Positions 16,217-25,671 of a DNA stretch of 54,081 nt are shown piece after piece. The stretch's first letter is position 1. Every line of letters starts with the position of its first letter. The position numbers were made by a program, and so were the translations under genes. Under the pieces are notes generated by a model. It saw only the letters and a list, made by a program, of their open reading frames with translations, was not told the origin of the DNA and made no database searches. This stretch comes from an uncultured Bdellovibrionales bacterium (GTDB lineage Bacteria > Patescibacteriota > Minisyncoccia > Moranbacterales > UBA1568): the NCBI GenBank assembly GCA_964404075.1, contig CAYOIM010000001.1, forward strand, positions 1-54,081. Reading direction: 5' to 3'.

Positions 16217-17779
16217 TCACTCACGCACGGCGATGGAGAAGGTAGATCCACCGTCAATAAGTTTCCAGTTCCCAGGAACCTGATATAAAGTAGGATGTGG
16301 TGTGGTTGTTGAATTATCACCCACCTGACCATTGCCATTATATCCCCATGACCACAGTTCCTGATTTGCCCCATTGGTCTTCAATGCCAGACCATGCGCA
16401 TTACCAGCGGAAACAAATTTCCAATCCGTGGAAAGCCCTATCTGCTCTGGCAACGGATGAGGAGCGCTATCATCCGCACTTCCTAACTGACCATGTATAT
16501 TGCGTCCCCATGCCCATAGAGTTCCATCCATTCGAACACCCAATGAGTGATTAAATCCTGCAGAAATGGATTGCCAGGTGGTACTTACCTGAATAGGCAC
16601 AGGTGACAGTGCATCCCCTGATGACGAATTATCTCCAACCTTACCATATGCCCTTGACCCCCAAGCCCAAAGACTGTCATCCAACTTCTTAATGCCAAGA
16701 GAGTGTTGATTTCCAGCCGAAACCATTTTCCAACTACCCACAACCTTCGCGGGCTTGTGTCCATTCTCTCCATGACCCAATCGACCATTATTAGCATCCC
16801 CCCACGACCACAGCGAGTCATCAGTGCCTATAGCGAGAGAGAAATTACTCCCCGCCGAAACAAATTTCCATCCAGCAGGACAAATGCCAACACAATCCCC
16901 TGGACCAGAATTATCATATGCTATCCGTACAGGAACATCCCTATCGCTTGCATTACCAGTACCCAATCGCCGATCCGCACCATTTCCCCATGCCCACATC
17001 GAATGATCCGTTTTGATAGCAAGAGAATGGGACTCGCCAGCTGATACTGATTCCCAAGTATTGTCCGTCCCTATTTGTACTGGAGAAGTTTTATCAGTGC
17101 CACTATCGCCATCGCCAAGCTGACCATTCCCATTCTCTCCCCATGCCCACAATGTCCCATCCGCTTTCACTGCAAGCACATGGGCACCACTAGAAAAATT
17201 AGCGGCAGAAACCGATTTCCATTTGCTTCCGCCGATTGTCGAAACGGGGGTATGACGCTCAGTCGTGGTACCATCACCAAGTCGTCCACTTCCATTCTCC
17301 CCCCATGCCATGCTCGAGAGGGGCGCAATGGCGATCTCCAGGACGCGAACCGCTCCGTTGCTATTGGTACTCCCCTCCACTTTCACGCTCGCCAGGCTAT
17401 CCCTCCAGAGGACACTGCTACAATTCGCCACCGTTAGCACCAATCCATCCGTACCATAAAAACTGACCTTGGCAATTCCTCCTGAAACACTCACATTTAT
17501 TGGATTCGGACAGGTCCCGATGGCATCGCCATTCAACGAACTATACAGCATACCCGTTCCATCAAGAGTTTGAAAATTCCCATTATAAATAGCCTTCAGC
17601 ACTTTCTCTGCCGCGGTATCAGCCACCTGGAAGGACTGCACGGACTGCGCCGTCGATGCGGCACTTTTCCGGTTCGAGACATTCACCATGGTGATGGACA
17701 ATGCGGATGAGAGCACGATCGCGAGGATCAGCAGGGAAAATACGAGAACAGAACCTTTTTTTCTCAAAAGATGATTCAT
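16217..17779 (-). CDS. PilX-N-like signal-anchor protein with a seven-repeat RCC1 beta-propeller
   Basis: ORF 16217..17896, trimmed to ATG 17779 because the upstream codons read through a repeat. The N-terminus MNHLLRKKGSVLVFSLLILAIVLSSALSI resembles PilX_N/pseudopilin anchors. Seven RCC1 repeats follow: WAWGENGNGQLGDG, WAWGNGADRRLGTG, WSWGDANNGRLGHG, WAWGSRAYGKVGDN, WAWGRNIHGQLGS, WSWGYNGNGQVGDN and others. Confidence 0.8.
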   Translation of the reverse strand: MNHLLRKKGSVLVFSLLILAIVLSSALSITMVNVSNRKSAASTAQSVQSFQVADTAAEKVLKAIYNGNFQTLDGTGMLYSSLNGDAIGTCPNPINVSVSGGIAKVSFYGTDGLVLTVANCSSVLWRDSLASVKVEGSTNSNGAVRVLEIAIAPLSSMAWGENGSGRLGDGTTTERHTPVSTIGGSKWKSVSAANFSSGAHVLAVKADGTLWAWGENGNGQLGDGDSGTDKTSPVQIGTDNTWESVSAGESHSLAIKTDHSMWAWGNGADRRLGTGNASDRDVPVRIAYDNSGPGDCVGICPAGWKFVSAGSNFSLAIGTDDSLWSWGDANNGRLGHGENGHKPAKVVGSWKMVSAGNQHSLGIKKLDDSLWAWGSRAYGKVGDNSSSGDALSPVPIQVSTTWQSISAGFNHSLGVRMDGTLWAWGRNIHGQLGSADDSAPHPLPEQIGLSTDWKFVSAGNAHGLALKTNGANQELWSWGYNGNGQVGDNSTTTPHPTLYQVPGNWKLIDGGSTFSIAVRE

Positions 17780-17839
17780 GCTTGTATTTCTACGAATTAT
17801 ATTTGTATTATAACACTCCTTGGAAACAACCGTCGGTTT

Positions 17840-17886
17840 CATTTCAGCGGACACACCGCTCCGAAAGCGGAGTGACCGTTGAAATG
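17840..17886. repeat. ACAGCGG-type palindromic (REP-like) element
   Basis: CATTTCAGCGGACACACCGCTCCGAAAGCGGAGTGACCGTTGAAATG. Same subfamily as 43414-43465. Confidence 0.8.
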
Positions 17887-17927
17887 AATCATGCACTCAA
17901 AAGGCGGAACGACTGCTCAATGTGCGG

Positions 17928-17963
17928 GAGCGGTTGTTCCGCTTTTAGAGCGGTGCAACCGCT
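17928..17963. repeat. ACAGCGG-type palindromic (REP-like) element, inverted relative to 16156-16191
   Basis: GAGCGGTTGTTCCGCTTTTAGAGCGGTGCAACCGCT. Its reverse complement matches 16156-16191 at 35 of 36 positions. Confidence 0.8.
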
Positions 17964-18017
17964 AGTTTTTTGTATCTCCGTTTTTCTTATTCAAAAATCA
18001 TAAATCATCAATCGCCA

Positions 18018-20492
18018 TCAGGGATTTCTCATCGCGATTCCCGTCCGTTCGGAAATCTCCCGATTGACGACATCCGCATCGCGACCGAAACGAAGCCGTG
18101 AGAGTTCCTTTAGGGCATTCGCGACTTCCTGATCGCCCGGTGTCGGCGGATAGGTTTTCATATTGAACGGCTTGGTGAGTTGACCGTTCATAAGGAGGCG
18201 CGCGAAACAATTCCGATTGTCCACATTGATGAGGTCCCGCGCAGTGAATACCGGCTGGAACTGCTTTTCGAGAAATTCCCCGTCCTCGGAGCCCACGCGG
18301 AACGCGACGAGCGATCCGACATTGCCGAATACCGCCTTGGAAATCTCTTCTTTCAGCTGAGCGATGAACTGATGCGCGATCGTGAGGACGAGCCGGTATT
18401 TGCGCGCCTCGGAGAGGATCTGCGCGATACTATTCGTCGTCACATTCTGGAACTCATCCATATAGAGATAGAAATCCGTTCGTTCATCCTCCGGTGTGTC
18501 CACGCGCGAAAGCGCTGCCATGAGGATCTTTCCCACGATGACCATACCGAGGAGCCTGGCATTGATCTCTCCGATCTTCCCCTTGGAGAGATTCACGAGG
18601 AGTATCTTCTTCCCGTCCATGATATCGCGGAAATTGAGCGTGCTCTTCTGCTGGGCGATGATCGGTCGCATCATGTCATTACTGATGAAGGTCGTCAGCT
18701 TGGAAGTGATATACGGGACCATATTGGCGAGCGCCGCGTCACCACCCGCCTTCTCGGCCTCCTTCGTCCAGAAATCGTACGCGATCGGATTCTTGCACTT
18801 GGTCAGTTTGTACTTCCGGAAATCCTCGTCCGCCAATACCTTGGAAATCTCCATGAGCGTCGATCCGCTCTCCGGATCCTCCATGATGAGGAGCATCGCA
18901 TTGCGCATATACTGCTCGAACATCGGTCCTCCAGTCGCCTTGAGATCATAGAGCTGGTCGAAGATGCCGATCATCTCGTTGATGACGAAGGTCTTCTGTT
19001 CCGGATGATTCTGATCGAATTCGAGCATATTGAGACCGATCGGCCGCTCCGTATCGGACGGATCGAAGAGAATCACATCTTCCGCGCGTTCCTTCGGAAT
19101 GGCCATCAGGATATCCTCGATCGCGTCCCCGTGCGGATCGATGAAACAGAATCCCTTGCCCGCACGCGCATCCTTCTTCGCCATTTCCTGGAGATACACG
19201 GACTTCCCCACACCAGTCTGCCCGATGACATACATGTGGCGGCGGCGATCATTGTCGGTGATGCGAATATCCGTCTTCGCACCGCGATAATCGTTGTAGC
19301 CGAGGAGAATGCCATCTTTCGGGATATCGACGGGCGGTGCGGCCGCCCCAGCTTTCAGCCACTTGATCTTCGGCGTTTCGATCTGCGATGTTGGGAAATG
19401 AAAGATGCTCGCGACTTCTTCTGTCGAGAGGATGATCGCGCTCTCCTCATCGAAATTCCGATAAATATAATCGAATGCCGCCTGCCGACCCTTCACCCGC
19501 TTCCGCACGCGGAAGGCATTCACCCCGATATTCTCGAATTGCGAGAAAGCGTTCTCGATATGGGCGAGGATCTCTTCGGCTCGGTGTTGCTCTGCCGCCG
19601 CCGCGACGAGACGGATATTCACCTTGAACGCCGGCTTCGATGCCTTGCCGTCGATCGTCTTCACGAGCTCCTGCTCCTCGGGAGTGAGGCTCACCATCTC
19701 TTTCTTCTCGACATCCGGCTCATGCTTCCCGGGGAGAAATACCGAGAGGAGCCCCTTCGCCATCTCCTTCACGATCGAATCCCCCTGCGCATCCTTCAGC
19801 CGTTTCCCGCTTTGCATTTTCTGCGCGATTTCCTTTCCCCTAGTATGTTCCCCCTTGCCCGCGGGCGTCAGGACGAATTGGATCGCCGCCCCCTCACCGC
19901 TCGCTCCGAGCCGTGACAAGGCATTCGTCATCTCACTCAATGGATCCGTCGAGAGCGCCCGGTAAGATTTGATAGGCAAAGCGTGGTTCTTGCTCAATTC
20001 CAAAGTGGAAAAAGCCGCCGCACAACCGGGCGAAAAAATAGTATAGTCGGAAACCTTCTCGATCACCGAATCGGGAAAAAATCCGTGGATCTGTTTCTCA
20101 ATGCTTTCACGGAACTTCTTCGGCACGGCGAAATAGAAGAAAATCTCCTCCTTGTCGGAAGGATTCGCCACTTCAAAAACGATGTTCGGCGTCTCATAGA
20201 AGAAACTCCTCCACCCGAAAGTCCGTTTCATCGAGGCGAGCGTCCCGAGGAGCTGTTCCATCGCGGCGACCTCTTCTTTCCAGGGTTCATTGCCGGCGGA
20301 ACTGTTCTTGTCATCGACATTCTTCTTCGTCACCTGGATCACTTCCAGATCCATCGCGATGGAGCGATTGATCTGGATGCGGAATCGCACCATACTCCGC
20401 ACGACGAGAAAAACGCCCGAAAAAAAAGTCAGCATTCCGAAGAGAAGCGTCACCGGAAGGAGGATTATATTCAAATCGAAACCATCAGCCAT
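18018..20492 (-). CDS. TraD/TrwB/VirD4-like type IV coupling-protein-family ATPase
   Basis: ORF 18018..20555, trimmed to ATG 20492 (MADGFDLN) because the upstream 21 codons read through a repeat. N-terminal TM (ILLPVTLLFGMLTFFSGVFLVV). Walker A YVIGQTGVGKSVYL. Walker B FYLYMDEFQNV. TIAHQFIAQL...GNVGSLVAFRVG, as in coupling/FtsK-HerA-type ATPases. Confidence 0.75.
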   Translation of the reverse strand: MADGFDLNIILLPVTLLFGMLTFFSGVFLVVRSMVRFRIQINRSIAMDLEVIQVTKKNVDDKNSSAGNEPWKEEVAAMEQLLGTLASMKRTFGWRSFFYETPNIVFEVANPSDKEEIFFYFAVPKKFRESIEKQIHGFFPDSVIEKVSDYTIFSPGCAAAFSTLELSKNHALPIKSYRALSTDPLSEMTNALSRLGASGEGAAIQFVLTPAGKGEHTRGKEIAQKMQSGKRLKDAQGDSIVKEMAKGLLSVFLPGKHEPDVEKKEMVSLTPEEQELVKTIDGKASKPAFKVNIRLVAAAAEQHRAEEILAHIENAFSQFENIGVNAFRVRKRVKGRQAAFDYIYRNFDEESAIILSTEEVASIFHFPTSQIETPKIKWLKAGAAAPPVDIPKDGILLGYNDYRGAKTDIRITDNDRRRHMYVIGQTGVGKSVYLQEMAKKDARAGKGFCFIDPHGDAIEDILMAIPKERAEDVILFDPSDTERPIGLNMLEFDQNHPEQKTFVINEMIGIFDQLYDLKATGGPMFEQYMRNAMLLIMEDPESGSTLMEISKVLADEDFRKYKLTKCKNPIAYDFWTKEAEKAGGDAALANMVPYITSKLTTFISNDMMRPIIAQQKSTLNFRDIMDGKKILLVNLSKGKIGEINARLLGMVIVGKILMAALSRVDTPEDERTDFYLYMDEFQNVTTNSIAQILSEARKYRLVLTIAHQFIAQLKEEISKAVFGNVGSLVAFRVGSEDGEFLEKQFQPVFTARDLINVDNRNCFARLLMNGQLTKPFNMKTYPPTPGDQEVANALKELSRLRFGRDADVVNREISERTGIAMRNP

Positions 20493-20520
20493 TAATTTTG
20501 TATTATTTTTGAAATTCAGC

Positions 20521-20557
20521 GAGCGGTCGTTCCGCTTTTGGAGCGGTGCGACCACTC
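20521..20557. repeat. ACAGCGG-type palindromic (REP-like) element
   Basis: GAGCGGTCGTTCCGCTTTTGGAGCGGTGCGACCACTC. Same orientation as 17928-17963. Confidence 0.75.
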
Positions 20558-20612
20558 TCCATCCCAGATTCTCGTATCTAATATCTGCTATCTAATATCT
20601 ATTATCCGATTC

Positions 20613-21035
20613 CTACTCCTCGATCATCCCCTTCGCCTTCAGGGCTTCATAGAACTTCTCCACGAGCTCATCGTGCATCTTGTCGAGAATATAATAGTCT
20701 CCGAGCTTCCTCGCCACTTTCACGGCATACGGCACGCCCTTCACACTCGCCATCTGGAGCAATTCCGCCACCTGACTCTCCGCGTCGGTCTGTTTCGAGA
20801 CAGCCTCCGCATCTCTCACGATCTGTCCGTCATCTGTCGGGGTGGTCGTGCCACTCACCTGAGTCAGGACATCCGACACGCGATCCTCCACCTTCTCGCT
20901 CTTCGTCTCCGTCTCCTTCGATGGCTCCAGGGAGGGACTCATCTGTTCAGTCGAACCCGCGCTCCCATCAGGAATTGCCGGCTTCTCGTCCGCCTTCATC
21001 GTGCTCTCATCGAAAAAGGTAATTTCATCCGGCAT
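20613..21035 (-). CDS. Hypothetical acidic protein (orphan)
   Basis: ORF 20613..21053 (TTG). The first ATG is at 21035 (MPDEITFFDE). The N-half is disordered and Ser/Thr/Glu-rich, and the C-terminus is a small helical domain. No recognisable motif. Confidence 0.55.
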   Translation of the reverse strand: MPDEITFFDESTMKADEKPAIPDGSAGSTEQMSPSLEPSKETETKSEKVEDRVSDVLTQVSGTTTPTDDGQIVRDAEAVSKQTDAESQVAELLQMASVKGVPYAVKVARKLGDYYILDKMHDELVEKFYEALKAKGMIEE

Positions 21036-21093
21036 AACCAATGCAGTTAACAATTAGCAGTCAATAGAAAACCCTTTTCTTCACAGATCGGCA

Positions 21094-21192
21094 GGGACTG
21101 ATGCAATGGCGAATTTTGAAATCACCTCGCAGCGCAATCCGTCTTCGGACGAGCAGGGTATGATTGAGAAATCGCCATTGCATCAGTCTCCC
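21094..21192. repeat. Long hairpin with conserved loop (CCTCGCAGCGCA...CGAGCAGGG family), copy A
   Basis: The arms GGGACTGATGCAATGGCGAATTT (21094-21116) and AAATCGCCATTGCATCAGTCTCCC (~21169-21192) have a 14-bp perfect core. The loop holds CCTCGCAGCGCA (21125-21136), the inner hairpin TCCG-TCTT-CGGA (21138-21149) and CGAGCAGGG (21150-21158). Confidence 0.8.
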
Positions 21193-21202
21193 TCATCAGT
21201 CC

Positions 21203-21529
21203 TTACACTCCGCTCTCTTTCTTCATCTCTTCCTTGAAATTCGCGACGATTTTCTCCACGACCATATCATATCCCGGGATCTTCTCATCGAGAAATACCT
21301 TCAATTTCACTTCATCCGCGCCGCCCTCCATCAATTTCTCATACTCATCCACGCCGGCAGGACCAAGTCTGTCGAGCGTCTCGAGCATGATTCGCTTCAC
21401 GAGCACCTCGCCCATCTGCGCGATGAGCTCCATTTTCTTCTCGTCCGACACCGCCCCGAACCCGAGTTCCTCCGCGAGATTTTCGATCTCCTGCTGATAA
21501 TTCACTGCCATATGTTTGCATTGTTTCAA
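21203..21529 (-). CDS. Small acidic helical hypothetical protein
   Basis: ORF 21203..21529 (alternative ATG at 21511, MAVNYQQEIENL). All-helical, Glu/Lys-rich. No motif I can name with confidence. Confidence 0.55.
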   Translation of the reverse strand: MKQCKHMAVNYQQEIENLAEELGFGAVSDEKKMELIAQMGEVLVKRIMLETLDRLGPAGVDEYEKLMEGGADEVKLKVFLDEKIPGYDMVVEKIVANFKEEMKKESGV

Positions 21530-21546
21530 AAAATTATCGTAAAAAA

Positions 21547-24375
21547 CTAATTCGTCGTCGTATACAGCCCGATCCGCGTTCCCTGAGGAACCACCTTCGC
21601 CACTCTCGCCAGATATTCACCGACAGAAATATCGGGTCGAGCACGGAAAAAGTCACCAAGCGATGCCTTGCCACCAGGGAAAGTCTTCGGCAACTGTGAA
21701 ACGAATTCTTGGAGATTTTTCGATTGAGTGGAATTGAAACGAGTATTTTCTACGAGTGAAACCGTGCCATTGCTCTCTACCCTGAGAATATCAGACATTT
21801 TCGTACTGAGAATCTCCCTCTTATCAAACACCCAATCCTTCCCACTCGCCTGATCATCCACTCGGAAAATCTGCATGAACCAATCGCTCCCCCTCCTCAT
21901 TTCCGTGAGACTCGGCCTCTCAAAAGGTGCTTCTGCTGGCGATGGAGCTACTTCCACTGGTGTCGTCACGACACTGTCTATGCCGCTCGACACGCCGCGC
22001 TGAGACACAAACTGCGTCTTTGGTCCATTGACATCTGCTATAGAAACCCCCGTCGACGCATGAGGATGAAGAATCTTATTCTCGATCGTCACCTCATTGA
22101 TCGGAACTCCCGGATTCTTCGCCGCCCACTCCGCAATCTTCGCATCATTCGCTTCGATGTTTTTCACCGCCTCGGCACTGATCTTCGCAGCTTTCCCCAT
22201 TACCTTGTCCGCATCCCCTGCGCTGAACAACTTATCGAGATCAATGAGTTCCTTCACTTGAATATTGTGAATATTTCCACTTCCGATTCCAGCTGCCTTC
22301 AATCGCTCCGGGCTAAGATGCCTCAATTGTCGTTCCAGGGCGTTGATTGCGTGAGTTTTCTGACCCTCACTCATACCGCTGAAATTTGAATAATGTTCGC
22401 TGAGGTAACTCCCGATGAGACCATCCACCGTATCCCCCTTCGAAACCTCGTAGATATTATCTCCAACACCAGAAGGAACTCCTACGGCATTTTTCGCTGC
22501 TTCGGTCGCAACACCAGATGGCGCATCGAAATGACCCGGGCTCGGTTGTGCATAAGCACCCACTGTCGGAACATTCGCAACGGAAGGAGTACCAACAACA
22601 TCTTTTGCTCCAACCGCATTTTCCGTAACCGCCTTAGCAGCAGCAGCTCCTTTTTTCGCCACATCTGCGGCATTTCCTGCGACTCCAGCCCCGAAATATG
22701 TATCCTTTATATGATCACCAACATGTGGAATACCAAACATCAAACCCAATGAAATGGCTACTGCCCCCAGCCTTCGCTTCATGTGACCCCAAATCCTACC
22801 CTCCAAGTCTTGTTGCACTACCTCTGGACTCGTTTGATTCTTGAGATATTTTGATAAGTGATTCCATCTCTCCTCTACTGCTATTTTCTCAATTTCATCC
22901 ATGGTTTGCTCGGCTTGTTTCCGTACGACATTCGATGCCCTTCCTTGAGACATTTTTTCAAAGACTCCCTCGAACATCGCGAATGATCCGAGTCCCGCCG
23001 CCGCCCGACGCGCGACGAGCATGCCTGTCGCCATAGCACCGCCACCAGTCGCCACACTCGTACCCAGAGCCACAGCACCGAGTCCGACCTTCTGCCACAA
23101 CTTCAACTTGTTATAACTATTCCCCAGATCTTCGCACAATCCGACAGCCTTCGCATACATACCTTCTCGCTTCATCGTCGCCTGCGTCCATGCCTCGTAC
23201 AATTTGATCTTCGATTCCGTACCGAAGAACTGGAGCGTTTCAGCCATCTTGGCCTTCAGATCCTCCGGAGACAACTCCGGCTGACTTTTCAATCGTTCTA
23301 TCTTCAAATCGACAAGCTGCCGAAGTGCCTGATGGTAAGCCTCCCGCTCGGGGACGCTATCACTCTCCTTTTTCCGCACTCCGAGTTTTTCCCATAGCCG
23401 TTGCCACACCCCGACATTCCGATATTCCGCTTCTGCATACTCCTTACGGAGTTCCACCAACTTCCCTGCCTCAACTACTTTTCCATTTTGATCCGTTGTC
23501 ACTATATACAACTCCCTGATCTGCTTTTCAAGTTGGGAAATCCCCTGATTCCGCACCTCCTCCGGTTTACCAAAGTGTGCCAATACTTTATCTGCTTCGG
23601 GAGATCCCGAAGCCATAATATTTTCCTTTCCTACGCTATGTTCTTTGCGGCTATCCTGTCCTTCCAAAACTTGCTCCGCAAAAACAGCACCTGAAGCATA
23701 GAGCTCTCGTTCTTTCTCAAGTAGACGCTTCACGACTTCCTGCAACCCCTCCTCCAAGGGGATATTGTCAATTCCGATTTTTCCAGATCGGACATGCTCG
23801 ATCAAATTTCGCAATTGTTCCGGTGTAAGCCCTTTTTCCCACTGGACTTCCGCATGCTTTGCCAGTACCACGAATAATTCATCGAAATCCTTCACCCCAG
23901 CAAGCTCTTCCTCGGTAGGTTGCGTCTTCTCTTTTTGCAACTCAGTTGCATTAACAACAGGAGGTACATCGGATGGCTTAGGAGCATCAGATGCCTGTGC
24001 GGGCATTGGGTCTGGAATGGGAGCAATCGCTGGTACAGGATCAGCAACGGATGCTTGAACGATACCTGCAGGAGCGACTTTTGGTGTCTTCGGCGTCGTT
24101 CGACCAATGCCTCGACGAACCGGCGACGCCTTCTGCTTCTTCGGCTCCGACTTCGATTTCGTTTTCGGTTTCGACTTCAACTTCGATTTCGGTTCACTGT
24201 TAGCAGGTACCCCTGGCTTCTGAGGGGCTACAGAGATAGCCTCGGGAGGCGTAGCAGCAAAAGAATGCAAACTAGCATCAGGCTTGGGCTCGCCGATTTT
24301 TATTTGAGATTTGGCTATTGTTCCTGCATTATTTCTACCATCAGCCATCCATGCAGGGATATCTTTTCCGGTCAT
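21547..24375 (-). CDS. 942-aa hypothetical membrane protein (orphan)
   Basis: ORF 21547..24375. The N-terminal ~150 aa are Lys/Pro-rich (SKLKSKPKTKSKSEPKKQKASP). The central Gly/Ala-rich TM segments are GLGAVALGTSVATGGGAMATGMLVA and LGAVAISLGLMFGIP. IYEVSKGDTVDGLIGSY is a possible LysM-like segment. No confident domain. Confidence 0.6.
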   Translation of the reverse strand: MTGKDIPAWMADGRNNAGTIAKSQIKIGEPKPDASLHSFAATPPEAISVAPQKPGVPANSEPKSKLKSKPKTKSKSEPKKQKASPVRRGIGRTTPKTPKVAPAGIVQASVADPVPAIAPIPDPMPAQASDAPKPSDVPPVVNATELQKEKTQPTEEELAGVKDFDELFVVLAKHAEVQWEKGLTPEQLRNLIEHVRSGKIGIDNIPLEEGLQEVVKRLLEKERELYASGAVFAEQVLEGQDSRKEHSVGKENIMASGSPEADKVLAHFGKPEEVRNQGISQLEKQIRELYIVTTDQNGKVVEAGKLVELRKEYAEAEYRNVGVWQRLWEKLGVRKKESDSVPEREAYHQALRQLVDLKIERLKSQPELSPEDLKAKMAETLQFFGTESKIKLYEAWTQATMKREGMYAKAVGLCEDLGNSYNKLKLWQKVGLGAVALGTSVATGGGAMATGMLVARRAAAGLGSFAMFEGVFEKMSQGRASNVVRKQAEQTMDEIEKIAVEERWNHLSKYLKNQTSPEVVQQDLEGRIWGHMKRRLGAVAISLGLMFGIPHVGDHIKDTYFGAGVAGNAADVAKKGAAAAKAVTENAVGAKDVVGTPSVANVPTVGAYAQPSPGHFDAPSGVATEAAKNAVGVPSGVGDNIYEVSKGDTVDGLIGSYLSEHYSNFSGMSEGQKTHAINALERQLRHLSPERLKAAGIGSGNIHNIQVKELIDLDKLFSAGDADKVMGKAAKISAEAVKNIEANDAKIAEWAAKNPGVPINEVTIENKILHPHASTGVSIADVNGPKTQFVSQRGVSSGIDSVVTTPVEVAPSPAEAPFERPSLTEMRRGSDWFMQIFRVDDQASGKDWVFDKREILSTKMSDILRVESNGTVSLVENTRFNSTQSKNLQEFVSQLPKTFPGGKASLGDFFRARPDISVGEYLARVAKVVPQGTRIGLYTTTN

Positions 24376-24381
24376 ACCTTT

Positions 24382-25668
24382 TTATTTTAGATATTTTTCA
24401 ATGCTTTTACTGACCAACTCCCGTGCATACATATCTGTCTCCGATTCCGACCATCCAAACTTCCCTCCGACACGCGCGAAAGAATCCTTCATCCCATCAA
24501 TCAAAGCACCGAGAATTTCTCCAGGATGATCTATATTATATGTCTTCAGATCTACCGATTCTTTTTGAGCGCCCTCTTTCATCGTGTTGATACCCGCTAC
24601 TGCGGCACCAAAAAGAATATCATGATACCCATCGGCATCCGCTTCCTTGAAAAGCTCTTCATAGGTCCGAATCGGTGTCTCGGCGCCCTCCTTCGCGCTT
24701 CCCGCCACTGTCCCGACAACAGGCTCAGGAGAAACTCCGTCGGGAAGCGGTGGCTGATCGCCCGGATTACCGGCGAAAGTAGTTGTTGAGACATTTGGCT
24801 TCCTTGACTTCGTGCGAGGCTTCTTTTTCAAAAATCTCGCAAATTTTTCCTTCGTCGAATAAGATACTAAGCCACTATCCACTGATTTATAGGCTATCTT
24901 TTCATCGGAAACTTCCGTAATCACATACTCTTTCGATGAATCACTTCGAAGAGTATATGTATCACCAACCACAAATTTTGCTTGTTGTTTTTTTTGGTCT
25001 TTCAATTCACGCATAACAGCGGGAAATTGCTCTTCCCAAAGTGCTACTAGTTTTTCACGAACTGGAATCACATCTCCCAACGCTAAACAACCAAAATGAT
25101 CGAGGTATTGAGAAAAAAAATCTCCCTTCGCCATCTCTGGATTGGTCTTCAAAGTTTCACGCAAGGTGCTCCGGAAGTATTCCCTATGAGCATCGTCAAA
25201 CAAGACTTCAGCAATTCGATTCTTCCACTGACCGATAAGACCATTGAATTTCTCAGAAAAAACCTTGTCCATGGGAAGTAATGCCGGCAATCCATTTGGC
25301 AATTTAAGGCTGAATTGTTCTTTTTTTGGATCTTTTTTTGAAGAAATCCTATCAGCCAATTCCATGAGATCCCCTATTGTCTGCGCCGAATCTATCTTCT
25401 TCTCCGTATCAGCAATATATTGACTCCCTTCTATCTGTAAGCGTGCCACTTCACCTTGATTTAACTCACCCTTACCCCAATTGCCACGCCCTCCAGCTCG
25501 AGGTTTATCCGGCTTCGGAGATTTTGGTTGCGCAGATGCTATAATCTCCCCTGCCAAAACATCCATATCCGCAAAAATATCCGCATCCTTATCAGGTACT
25601 TCTTGGATTGATGGTTTTGGTATTTCAGACATATTTATGCTCTTCATTATAATACACAAACTCTGCAT
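24382..25668 (-). CDS. 428-aa hypothetical protein (orphan)
   Basis: ORF 24382..25668, 3 nt after the upstream stop. Basic linker KKKPRTKSRKPNV. No TM and no recognisable motif. The start codon choice (25668, 25647 or 25632) is uncertain. Confidence 0.55.
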   Translation of the reverse strand: MQSLCIIMKSINMSEIPKPSIQEVPDKDADIFADMDVLAGEIIASAQPKSPKPDKPRAGGRGNWGKGELNQGEVARLQIEGSQYIADTEKKIDSAQTIGDLMELADRISSKKDPKKEQFSLKLPNGLPALLPMDKVFSEKFNGLIGQWKNRIAEVLFDDAHREYFRSTLRETLKTNPEMAKGDFFSQYLDHFGCLALGDVIPVREKLVALWEEQFPAVMRELKDQKKQQAKFVVGDTYTLRSDSSKEYVITEVSDEKIAYKSVDSGLVSYSTKEKFARFLKKKPRTKSRKPNVSTTTFAGNPGDQPPLPDGVSPEPVVGTVAGSAKEGAETPIRTYEELFKEADADGYHDILFGAAVAGINTMKEGAQKESVDLKTYNIDHPGEILGALIDGMKDSFARVGGKFGWSESETDMYARELVSKSIEKYLK

Positions 25669-25671
25669 GAC

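Noticed and set aside
17780-17896. N-terminal extensions of tracked ORFs through repeat elements: 16217..17896, 18018..20555, 41779..43431 and 45462..46313.
   Set aside because: The extra codons translate the REP-like palindromes and pyrimidine-rich leaders, and in at least one checked case (43431) start at a non-ATG (GTG) codon. The conserved protein N-termini begin at internal ATGs (17779, 20492, 43371, 46241).
18180-19916. Long plus-strand ORF (578 aa) opposite the ATPase gene. Similar long antisense ORFs occur at 852..1706 (-), 11536..12357 (+), 35753..36448 (+), 36675..37607 (+), 41881..43089 (+), 43607..44506 (+) and 48974..49930 (+).
   Set aside because: Their translations are Arg/His/Pro/Leu-rich low-complexity sequences with no motifs. 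Each lies opposite a gene with unmistakable family signatures. They are shadow frames typical of GC-biased codon usage.
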